Program-made: the position numbers and the translations under genes
Virus record (IMG/VR): IMGVR_UViG_3300020576_002081
Span: 20,861 to 84,860 of that record
Direction: 5' to 3' (one strand)
DNA from: a virus
Taxonomy: Duplodnaviria; Caudoviricetes
Length of the DNA: 64,000 nucleotides
Notes under the pieces: generated by a model
Database searches by the model: none
What the model saw: only the letters and a program-made list of their open reading frames with translations
Told to the model about the DNA's origin: nothing
Shown here: piece by piece, positions 56,458 to 64,000 of the stretch
Numbering within the stretch: the stretch's first letter is position 1
How the letters are laid out: each line of letters begins with the position of its first letter

Positions 56458-58997
56458 TATTTACTTGATTTAGGTTTAGCTTTAGCTTTTGATCTAGCTA
56501 TAGCAAGTTTAACTTTCTCTATTTTCTCTTTAGCAGCAAGTTCCTTTTCTTTCATTTTAAGCTCTTTTTCTTGCATAAGCTCTTGTGATTTATTTTGAAC
56601 TTTAATTGCTTCAATCTTTTTATTTTCAATATCTTGCTTCATTCTAAGTTCTTTTTCTTTAATAGACATTTCTCTTTGATGTTTCTCTTTATCAAGATTC
56701 ATCTTAGATTGTTCAGAATAAGCTTTAGATGCTAAATCTCTTTCTTGTAAAGATAGTTTAGCTATTTCAACAGGATCAGGTATACCATCATTATCCATAT
56801 CAGTAGGTCCTACTATAGAACGCATAGCGTTTATTTCAGCAACCATGATCTTAGTTTCATTATTAGTATCAATCTCATATTGTTTTAAATCTCTTTCTTT
56901 TTGCTTTTCTTCAAGTTGCATAGCTATTTGTTTTTCTTGAGAAGCTAATTGTTGTTGTTGCATTTCTTTATCGCGTTCATATTTAGCAGCTTCACCTCTT
57001 TGTAGTGTTCTAACTATGTCTGCAGGATTATCGTTGATTATAGTGTCTATTAAGGTGCTTAAATCAGCTTTATCAGAGTTTAATGCGGCTTGTGATAATT
57101 GTTTAAGTGATTCAAGTATCATTAAGTCTTTAGATGTGTTAGATATAAACACATTAAATTCAGAATTATCAAGTTGTGCTTCTTCTAATTCTAATAATTC
57201 AATACCCATATCATCTAAGATATATTGTATTTTCTTACCTTCTCTATAAGCTATCTTAGCACATTCAATTAATGCTGTATAAACTCTACGTTTAACTTCA
57301 TCATGTGAATCAAATAGGTATTCTGTAATTAAAGCTGATTGTTGTACGCTTCTTTCAACATTACCTACTAACTCTCTATTTTCAATAGCTCCTAATCTTT
57401 GAGGACTAACCCCACTAATAAATGCTATTTGTTGTCTAATATAATTTAAAGTATCAATGTATTGTTGTATAGTGTTAGCTAAACTTAAGTCAATTGATTG
57501 AAATTGATTAAAGTTAGATAACTTACCTATATGAGAACCTTTCTTTCCTTCTTCAAAACTATTAACGAATCCTATCTTCATAGCTTTAAGGTAATACATC
57601 CATCTATCAATATCTATACCTTCACTTCTTGGTATTTGAGCTAAATCCATTAACATAATCTTACCTTGATCGCTAGCAAATGCTAATTCTAATCTGTAAG
57701 CTATAATGTTATATAAATATTGATAAGGTTTAATTCTATCAACAAGAGATACTGATACACTATTTGTAGCATTATAAATTAAACCTGTATAACCAAGTTT
57801 ACAATGATATGGATTATCCATACGTCTACGTTGATTTGGTTTAGGCTGTACATTAACAAATATGTTATCACCTATCTTAACACCTTCCCAAGCTTCACTT
57901 ACCCAAATTTCTTCAGTAGTTGCTGATGGAAAAGATTGTTTAAATATGGCTAAGTTAAATGATTCATCTACTAATTGTTCAACAGGTAAATCATTTTCAT
58001 CTAAGTAGTTTAAGTAATAGAGTTTCTTCATAGATTTCCATTCTATTCTAACAACTCTTATTAATTCAGAATTAAAAGAACCTGCTGTACTATTAATACT
58101 AGCAAAGTTAGATAAACCTGTATCAACAACACCGCCTTGTTTATCAATAGTGAATGTTGGATTTATATTAGCTAAACTATATGCTGAAGTAAATCTCTTT
58201 GCTATAGCTTCTATTTCAGATACTTGAGTGGGAGTTAAATCACTACCAAATTCATCAATGATTGAATTAGGTGCTAACATTCTAATTTCAATTACTGCTA
58301 ACGCATCATCAATAAAATCTGTATCTCCATCTAAAACAACAGTTGTGTTTAAAGGATTACATCTTCTAAATATAACCTCGTCATTACCTACCCCTGTCCA
58401 ATAAATTTCTTCACCAGCTATTAAAGCATCTTTCCAACCTTTCTTAAACTGTTCTTTAGTATTTAAATACTTCTTAAGATGTTTTAAAAGCTTATTAGCC
58501 TGTGATTCTATCAAGTCTGACACATTATGCTTCTCATACTTAATAATCTGTTCTGGAGTAGGTAATGGATTATTAGGATCAACAGTACTAGGATCTATCT
58601 CAGCTTGTAATTTATGTTTAAGTAACTCAACAATCTTTTGTTTAATAGCTGCTTGCTTTCTATTGATATCATTTGTACTTTCAGATATAACTATACAATT
58701 ATCATTTCTCTTAGTTTCTTCTCCGATAAGTAGGTTTAAAGGTGGAGAGGTCACGTCATAATGTTGCAAAGTAGCAGGAAACTCATTATCTCCTAAACCT
58801 AATGGATTACATACATATTCTAAATCAGCCTTGTTGAATCTTCCATTAAACAAATCATAATTTATTTTCTTATTATAATTTGTGGATCTATTCGTAGATA
58901 CTGAACTGTATGATAGTTTTTCATAGTAATTAATAGTATCTTTCTTCCAAGATTCTGTTTTCTTACTTATTGGTAATTTTTGATTTGGTAAAGGCAT
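56457..58997 (-). CDS. Portal protein
   Basis: 846 aa; follows TerL; crAss-like P.Q.LP...KT..W N-terminus, GE..KR, D.L.AGEE.Y; long coiled-coil C-terminus. Confidence 0.85.
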   Translation of the reverse strand: MPLPNQKLPISKKTESWKKDTINYYEKLSYSSVSTNRSTNYNKKINYDLFNGRFNKADLEYVCNPLGLGDNEFPATLQHYDVTSPPLNLLIGEETKRNDNCIVISESTNDINRKQAAIKQKIVELLKHKLQAEIDPSTVDPNNPLPTPEQIIKYEKHNVSDLIESQANKLLKHLKKYLNTKEQFKKGWKDALIAGEEIYWTGVGNDEVIFRRCNPLNTTVVLDGDTDFIDDALAVIEIRMLAPNSIIDEFGSDLTPTQVSEIEAIAKRFTSAYSLANINPTFTIDKQGGVVDTGLSNFASINSTAGSFNSELIRVVRIEWKSMKKLYYLNYLDENDLPVEQLVDESFNLAIFKQSFPSATTEEIWVSEAWEGVKIGDNIFVNVQPKPNQRRRMDNPYHCKLGYTGLIYNATNSVSVSLVDRIKPYQYLYNIIAYRLELAFASDQGKIMLMDLAQIPRSEGIDIDRWMYYLKAMKIGFVNSFEEGKKGSHIGKLSNFNQFQSIDLSLANTIQQYIDTLNYIRQQIAFISGVSPQRLGAIENRELVGNVERSVQQSALITEYLFDSHDEVKRRVYTALIECAKIAYREGKKIQYILDDMGIELLELEEAQLDNSEFNVFISNTSKDLMILESLKQLSQAALNSDKADLSTLIDTIINDNPADIVRTLQRGEAAKYERDKEMQQQQLASQEKQIAMQLEEKQKERDLKQYEIDTNNETKIMVAEINAMRSIVGPTDMDNDGIPDPVEIAKLSLQERDLASKAYSEQSKMNLDKEKHQREMSIKEKELRMKQDIENKKIEAIKVQNKSQELMQEKELKMKEKELAAKEKIEKVKLAIARSKAKAKPKSSK

Positions 58998-59007
58998 TTA
59001 TATAATT

Positions 59008-61074
59008 TTAGCGATTGTTTTTCTTAAATAATTTTCTTGAAAAGAAAGGGTCCATTTCAAGTAATGTTCTTGGTTGTAATTCTTGTAATTGTAAATTATG
59101 CATTTCTTTAGCTTGTAATATACAAAGCATTAATGCTATAACTCTATCAGTATTAACTTCTCTATCATAAGCAATTAATTCTTTTAGAATAGGTATTGAT
59201 TTAATTGTGTGTAGATTTAATATTTTAGTATCATCTGCACCACTTCTTTCTTCATATAACCATTGCTTCAAGTATATCTCACATTGATCTTTAATACCTG
59301 TAGCACTACCAGCTCCTCTATTCATATGTATACCATATCCTCTATTAACTCTAGAGTCTTTAACAATATCTTTAATGATTTGAGGTTGTTCACATAAATA
59401 CTGTAAACTATTCTTCATTTCAAAATATGCTTTCAAACCTTTAAGTTGATTTTCATAAAGTGCTTTAGCATTATAGTACATACATAATCTTCTACATGTT
59501 TCATAGAACTCATCAGCTTTTTCAGGTCTACCTGTATATTCAGCTACTACTATATCGTATGTTTGAGCATTGGTTAAGAATCTCTTATAAACAATACATG
59601 AACCTAATGAATCACTACTTTCAGCTTTATCTTGATCGAAAGGGTCAATCCCTATAATGTATAAACCAAAAGGTGGATCAGTTATTGGATCTTCATAAAT
59701 AACTACACAACCTGTTTTAGAATCTTCTTTGTTTAAAGGGTAAGCTGTTATATCTTTTAAATCAGGATTAAGCTTAGCTTTTATGATATTATTGTTATCA
59801 AAGTATAATTCTACTTTCTTTTTATCTTCTCTTAATGATGGAGTAGTTTCTAATTTACTTAACCACTCTAACATTTCAATTGATGAGAATACTGCTGATT
59901 TATCTCTTAAGAAACCTTCTCTCCAAGTTAAAGGGAATTGAGTAATTGTACCATGATGCGCTTTAAAGTCTAAACCACCTTTGGCTTTTTCTCTAAGATA
60001 CATGATATCATCTACTGCAGCTTCTTGATTAGAGTTACCTTCTTCATCTATCATTGGTTGTCTAAACCATTTAGACTTAGGATTCATACAGTATCCTTCT
60101 CTACCTTTTGAAGCTGAACTGAAATAACCAACTTTAATGTTAGGATTTTCATTATCTTCAAACTCTAACATATTGTATTTACTAGGATTTGTAAATATCT
60201 CATAGAAATACTTACTACCTGAATCCATATCAGAGGAGCTACCAAACATAATTGTTACTCCTGAATAGTTAGAACCTGCTTTAATAAGTGGTTCTGTAAA
60301 TGAATAGGTATCTGTTATATTAGGGAATACACCTGCTTCATCAAGTATTAATTTACTAGCTGATTTACCTACAGCTGCTGTTGGATTATCTTTAAAGCTA
60401 ATTGCTCTTACAGAGCTTTTATAACCTTTCCATACTTTAACTCCACCAGCATCATATTGATACCTAGCTATAATATTATCTTTTAAATCAGGATTTCTTT
60501 GTTTCCTAAATTCAGTATGTTCGTTTAACCAATTTAAATTCTCAATAGTCATTCTCATGGTTTCTAAACCAAAAGATGATAAGAAAGTACCTATTATTGA
60601 ATTAGAACCTGGGAAGAATGAAAACTCCCAAGCACATATAGCAGCAGCTTTATAAGACCAACCTTGACGTCTACCTTTTAAAGCAACTAAACATTTTTGG
60701 TTCTTTTCACAATACTCAATCATGTGAAAATACTCATAATCTAAATCTACAAAATTAGGAAACATTTCTGTTTTCTTACCAGTAGATTTATCATAACCTG
60801 ATATTCTGCAGAAGTTTAAATAAAAGAAATGATGTCCTGTTATTCTAATACCTACAGAATTAGTAAAACCATGTAAACATTTATCTCTAACTTCTTTCCA
60901 GAAATTAACATACTCTTCAGTACCTTCTAGATATTGAGTATAGAATCCTGTTTCATTAAAAGCTTCTGCTAAATAATAAAACTCTTTAGAGTTAGTAAAT
61001 TTATCTACATAAGGTACATAAGGATTTACTGTGTTTATAAGTCTATCTTCTGTAATATTAGTTTCCATCTTCAA
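59008..61074 (-). CDS. terL: Terminase large subunit
   Basis: ITG.H.FYLN, LKGRRQGWS (Walker A), LILDEAG (Walker B), IGIDPF nuclease motif, NTDRV. Confidence 0.9.
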   Translation of the reverse strand: MKMETNITEDRLINTVNPYVPYVDKFTNSKEFYYLAEAFNETGFYTQYLEGTEEYVNFWKEVRDKCLHGFTNSVGIRITGHHFFYLNFCRISGYDKSTGKKTEMFPNFVDLDYEYFHMIEYCEKNQKCLVALKGRRQGWSYKAAAICAWEFSFFPGSNSIIGTFLSSFGLETMRMTIENLNWLNEHTEFRKQRNPDLKDNIIARYQYDAGGVKVWKGYKSSVRAISFKDNPTAAVGKSASKLILDEAGVFPNITDTYSFTEPLIKAGSNYSGVTIMFGSSSDMDSGSKYFYEIFTNPSKYNMLEFEDNENPNIKVGYFSSASKGREGYCMNPKSKWFRQPMIDEEGNSNQEAAVDDIMYLREKAKGGLDFKAHHGTITQFPLTWREGFLRDKSAVFSSIEMLEWLSKLETTPSLREDKKKVELYFDNNNIIKAKLNPDLKDITAYPLNKEDSKTGCVVIYEDPITDPPFGLYIIGIDPFDQDKAESSDSLGSCIVYKRFLTNAQTYDIVVAEYTGRPEKADEFYETCRRLCMYYNAKALYENQLKGLKAYFEMKNSLQYLCEQPQIIKDIVKDSRVNRGYGIHMNRGAGSATGIKDQCEIYLKQWLYEERSGADDTKILNLHTIKSIPILKELIAYDREVNTDRVIALMLCILQAKEMHNLQLQELQPRTLLEMDPFFSRKLFKKNNR

Positions 61075-61366
61075 ATAAACCTACTTTAACGTTACCTCTA
61101 GCTTTACCCTTCATATCTTCTTCTAACTGAACTTTCTTTTCAAGTATAGCTAATGTTTCAAAAGCCTTACCTAATCTTTCAACAGCATTTAAGATACTAT
61201 CTGATTTCTTTTTAGCTTCACTAATATCTTCATTTTCTTCAAACTCAATATTATCTAAATGATCTTTTAGTTTAAATAATGCTAATCTACAAGATTCAAG
61301 CATCGCTTCAGCAACACTTCTATTAGCATCTTTATTCTTACTTTTTACTTCCTTTTGTTTACTCAT
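61058..61366 (-). CDS. Terminase small subunit candidate
   Basis: 102-aa helical protein directly upstream of and overlapping terL. Confidence 0.5.
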   Translation of the reverse strand: MSKQKEVKSKNKDANRSVAEAMLESCRLALFKLKDHLDNIEFEENEDISEAKKKSDSILNAVERLGKAFETLAILEKKVQLEEDMKGKARGNVKVGLFEDGN

Positions 61367-61374
61367 TGTTTATG

Positions 61375-61626
61375 TTAAAGTATTAATTTATTAGGTTTAT
61401 CATCATTAGCTAGGTGTTCAGGTACTAATATATTAGGTCGTTGTGTTGTATTATACCAGTTACTAAAAAACATCATAGCTTCTTCTAATGCCGCTATTCT
61501 TTCTTCTTGCTTCTTAATTATTTGTTCTTGATAAAGTAAAGCTGAACCAATCTTAAATTGCCCTTCTATTGTAAATCTTTCAATTATATTCTTTTGATCT
61601 AAAGGTTTTGAATTATCTATTTCCAT
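61375..61626 (-). CDS. hypothetical coiled-coil protein
   Basis: 83-aa ORF in operon. Confidence 0.55.
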   Translation of the reverse strand: MEIDNSKPLDQKNIIERFTIEGQFKIGSALLYQEQIIKKQEERIAALEEAMMFFSNWYNTTQRPNILVPEHLANDDKPNKLIL

Positions 61627-61877
61627 TATTCTACAGTATAAACTTCATCTTCCCTAACAGTTAAATATTTAATTTCATTAAGTATAACTTCTATACCTAC
61701 ATGTTTATTAAAATGAACTATATCACCTTCTTTAATTTCTTTAACTTCACCACCTATTGATACTACTTTACCTTTACTAGGTTTATCTTCAGCTTTTGGT
61801 TGAAGTATAATACCTGATTTAGTAGTTGTTTCAATTGGTGTTGGATCTATTAATATTCTTTTACCTATTGATTTCAT
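61626..61877 (-). CDS. groES: Co-chaperonin GroES
   Basis: G.RILI.P, TKSGII mobile loop, G.VVSIG, EGD.V.F.K..G.E, .YL.VRE.E. Confidence 0.88.
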   Translation of the reverse strand: MKSIGKRILIDPTPIETTTKSGIILQPKAEDKPSKGKVVSIGGEVKEIKEGDIVHFNKHVGIEVILNEIKYLTVREDEVYTVE

Positions 61878-62161
61878 TATTCGCTTGTTGTTAATATTTG
61901 ATGTAACGCTTTACTGAATCTTTCTACAAAAACTTCGTTACTTGATAATTCATTATATTCTAAATTATCTAATACAGTATGTACTAATTCATGTAAATAT
62001 GTTATTTCTTTTTGTTCTTTATTAAGACTTTTCTTAACTTTAATTCTTTTATGTTGAATACTATGTTCTCCCCAATTATCTTCTTTATCTACTTTGTGTG
62101 GTTGAGTTACTTTATAAGTTAACCCAAATATCTTAAACTTTTTAGGGATTACTATGTCCAT
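61877..62161 (-). CDS. Small HExxH metallopeptidase-like protein
   Basis: ITYLHELVHTVL...E.FVE motif. Confidence 0.65.
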   Translation of the reverse strand: MDIVIPKKFKIFGLTYKVTQPHKVDKEDNWGEHSIQHKRIKVKKSLNKEQKEITYLHELVHTVLDNLEYNELSSNEVFVERFSKALHQILTTSE

Positions 62162-62445
62162 TATTTATATTTTTTAGATTTACCTGCTAAGCCTACTATT
62201 GCAATAGACCTATTTAATTTTAATTTCTTTAACTCTTCATAAGGTTTATTAACTTTATAATGAATATCGTTTTCATATACTGAAGAATACTTCTTGATAT
62301 GCTTACCTAATCTATCTACATATTCTTCTAATTGAATATTATCTAAATCAAATATCTTTTTAATTCTATCATTCCTGATTAATACTTTAGGTTTAGGACC
62401 TCCAGTAGTAATATCAATTATTATTTCAAGTTCATGTTCCCTCAT
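62161..62445 (-). CDS. hypothetical protein
   Basis: 94-aa ORF in operon. Confidence 0.55.
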   Translation of the reverse strand: MREHELEIIIDITTGGPKPKVLIRNDRIKKIFDLDNIQLEEYVDRLGKHIKKYSSVYENDIHYKVNKPYEELKKLKLNRSIAIVGLAGKSKKYK

Positions 62446-62446
62446 A

Positions 62447-62731
62447 TTAAAACTTACCTAAAGGACATTTAGAATCACTCCTGGTTTTAGCTGGTAAAAA
62501 ACAACCACAACCATTCTGTATACTACCTTTCAATCTTAATTGTTCGTTATATTCAAACGTTTCTACTACAATACCTTGCTTATGCTTAGAACAATAGTTA
62601 TTAACGTTTAATGGACAGCTAGCACAAATAGAAGCTTTCTTTTCAGCTTCTTCTTTAGTAGCATCATTATTGAACAGGTAGTTCCCCCATCCCTGAATTA
62701 TGTTCTTTAGGTTTTTTTTGAATTCTTCCAT
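62447..62731 (-). CDS. Cys-rich (Zn-binding-like) conserved phage protein
   Basis: CASCP...C...GCGC.L.AKTR....CP.GK. Confidence 0.65.
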   Translation of the reverse strand: MEEFKKNLKNIIQGWGNYLFNNDATKEEAEKKASICASCPLNVNNYCSKHKQGIVVETFEYNEQLRLKGSIQNGCGCFLPAKTRSDSKCPLGKF

Positions 62732-62924
62732 TTTGATAAGCTATAAAAAATGTTGTTGGTTTAACTTTACCTAATCCTTTAAAATGTACTTCTCTTAAAT
62801 CTTTACTTTGCATATGATTAACTAAAACTTTAAATTGAGAATCTATAATCTTTTCTAAGTCAAACCTAGATAAATTATAATCCTTTTTCATATCAGTTAT
62901 TATATCATCAATTAAGTGATTCAT
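62667..62924 (-). CDS. HU/IHF-like DNA-binding protein
   Basis: Two helices then V.F.GLGK, resembling the HU fold. Confidence 0.55.
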   Translation of the reverse strand: MNHLIDDIITDMKKDYNLSRFDLEKIIDSQFKVLVNHMQSKDLREVHFKGLGKVKPTTFFIAYQNGRIQKKPKEHNSGMGELPVQ

Positions 62925-63084
62925 GAGGTACTTTTAAAGTTATTAATTCAATATAATCTTTTGTATAATTAATCTTAAATTTAAAACCTAAATGTTTACT
63001 TTCATAATATTTTAAACCATTAAACAAACTATTTAAAAATTCATCAAAATCTTGAATATCTTCAAATCTATATCTAGTTATCAT
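62911..63084 (-). CDS. small hypothetical protein (57 aa), not in the ORF track
   Basis: MITRYRFEDIQDFDEFLNSLF...; overlaps both neighbours and fills the gap. Confidence 0.5.
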
Positions 63085-63409
63085 TTATACCAAATTCAAA
63101 ACTTATTTTACCTTCTTTAATTATGTCTATAATAGTAGGATTTATATAATATACCTTACTATTATTAGGATGATCTAATAATACACCTTTAGTCCTAAGA
63201 CTCTTGATATAATTATTAGTCATAAATTTATCTTTATTAAGTACTTTTCTTATGTGTTCTCTAGTATCTATATTAACCTCTAACATGTTATTGTTAATCA
63301 TAGCACAAAGTATCTTAATCTCAAAATTTGTTAGGTTTAAGAGAAAGTTGATACTCATTAGTACAGCTTTAACATATGTTTCTTTAGTTACTGGTATTTT
63401 ATATTCCAT
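63074..63409 (-). CDS. RepL-like winged-helix DNA-binding protein
   Basis: LT..E..IL, helix-turn-helix NNYIKSLR.KG.L, terminal Y.INP typical of RepL-like domains. Confidence 0.6.
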   Translation of the reverse strand: MEYKIPVTKETYVKAVLMSINFLLNLTNFEIKILCAMINNNMLEVNIDTREHIRKVLNKDKFMTNNYIKSLRTKGVLLDHPNNSKVYYINPTIIDIIKEGKISFEFGINDN

Positions 63410-63422
63410 TTTATTTACCCCT

Positions 63423-63464
63423 TATACAATCAATATAACATTTATTATTATATGTTGCAAATTT
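63423..63464 (-). promoter_or_regulatory. Candidate phage promoter motif, copy 2
   Basis: Minus strand AATTTGCA-ACA-TATAATAATAA-ATG-TTATATT-GATT-GTATA. Confidence 0.55.
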
Positions 63465-63479
63465 ATTTTATAATTTTAT

Positions 63480-63780
63480 TTGTTATCTGGACATGGTATT
63501 CCCCTTCTAACCGAGTTTAAATTACTTTAAACCTACTTTAGCCTTATAAGTTATAACAAATCAGTCTTTAGCCCTAGTTATTACTAACTATCTGGAAACT
63601 TGTTTGGTGTGCTCACCAGGATACTTCATACCTAATGTTCCAGCTATTTGTCTTTCCTTGTATTAAGGTCTGTTTTTGAGGTATCGGGGACAACTTTATC
63701 CTATTTGGTAATACAACCCGACGTCTAAGCTCCTATTTAATTTCTCCTTCAGAGCTGGTGTAGTTACAAACTACCCTCTA
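63480..63780 (-). ncRNA. Candidate structured non-coding RNA / leader
   Basis: GC-richer ORF-free 300 nt with multiple stems, two of them capped by GUAA tetraloops, downstream of a TATATTTG element. Confidence 0.5.
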
Positions 63781-63783
63781 ATA

Positions 63784-63791
63784 CAAATATA
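63784..63791 (-). promoter_or_regulatory. Bacteroidota -7 element (TATATTTG) upstream of the candidate RNA
   Basis: Matches TAnnTTTG at the start of the non-coding region; no clear -33 TTTG. Confidence 0.45.
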
Positions 63792-63829
63792 CGATTAATT
63801 TTTGATATTTCCTAATTTATTTTGATAAA

Positions 63830-64000
63830 TTAATCATTGGTAAAATCATCCTCTCCCATGATAACTTTCTTAAAATACTCAGCTTTCTCATAATTAATAG
63901 CTTCTTGGTTAATGTGACTAAAAGCTTCATCATCAAACCAATCATAGAATCTCTTACGTGTTACTCTAGGTTTAAGATATATTACTTTTCTACCATCTAT
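63830..64000 (-). CDS. hypothetical protein, 5'-truncated by window edge
   Basis: Open frame IDGRKVIYLKPRVTRKRFYDWF...DFTND* running from base 64000. Confidence 0.5.
   Translation of the reverse strand: MDGRKVIYLKPRVTRKRFYDWFDDEAFSHINQEAINYEKAEYFKKVIMGEDDFTND

Noticed and set aside
1328-63473. Short antisense or alternate-frame ORFs in the track (e.g. 1328-1558, 4490-4702, 9823-10128, 10627-10827, 11449-11646, 12654-12899, 13119-13331, 16733-17002, 24104-24292, 29434-29676, 34450-34647, 35495-35689, 35994-36212, 40877-41113, 47178-47420, 49789-50085, 50872-51063, 51240-51422, 54073-54297, 55493-55978, 57016-57249, 63252-63473)
   Set aside because: They are shadows of well-supported genes on the opposite strand or in another frame, with no motifs or independent signals.
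1-64000. Stop-codon reassignment (TAG or TGA), common in some crAss-like phages
   Set aside because: Very long ORFs (up to ~4,140 aa) and dense coding are obtained with the standard code; the only interruptions are explained by introns or the gene split.
1-64000. tRNA genes, CRISPR arrays, integrase, reverse transcriptase/DGR
   Set aside because: No cloverleaf, regularly spaced repeat-spacer array or RT/integrase motifs were recognised by eye. The repeats at 29.3-31.2 kb are in-frame, irregularly spaced and hundreds of nt apart, so they are not CRISPR.

Overview
AT-rich 64-kb segment of a crAss-like (Crassvirales-type) podovirus, most likely infecting a Bacteroidota host, read in the standard genetic code. 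There are two convergent gene blocks that meet at a bidirectional terminator (~14.42-14.46 kb). The + strand block (1-14.4 kb) covers nucleotide and NAD metabolism: a 5'-3' exonuclease, a class II ribonucleotide reductase interrupted by a group I intron carrying a GIY-YIG endonuclease, a dATP/dGTP diphosphohydrolase-like protein, a DnaQ/RNase H-like exonuclease, two HAD phosphatases, and a Prs-like plus Nampt-like pair resembling the NARP1 NAD-reconstitution pathway. The Nampt-like gene is split into two genes with two unrelated ORFs between them, and its second half also carries an ORF-less 235-nt group I intron. The - strand block (14.5-63.4 kb) is the virion module: ejected cargo proteins including a ~4,140-aa virion RNA polymerase polyprotein (DFDFD motif) with a repeat-bounded cassette array, then muzzle, ring and IHF-like genes, lysis genes, tail fibres, capsid, scaffold, portal, terminase, GroES and a RepL-like gene. 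A candidate ~300-nt structured RNA lies upstream of the RepL-like gene. No tRNA, rRNA or CRISPR array was recognised. All assignments come from motif reading only; no database searches were run.
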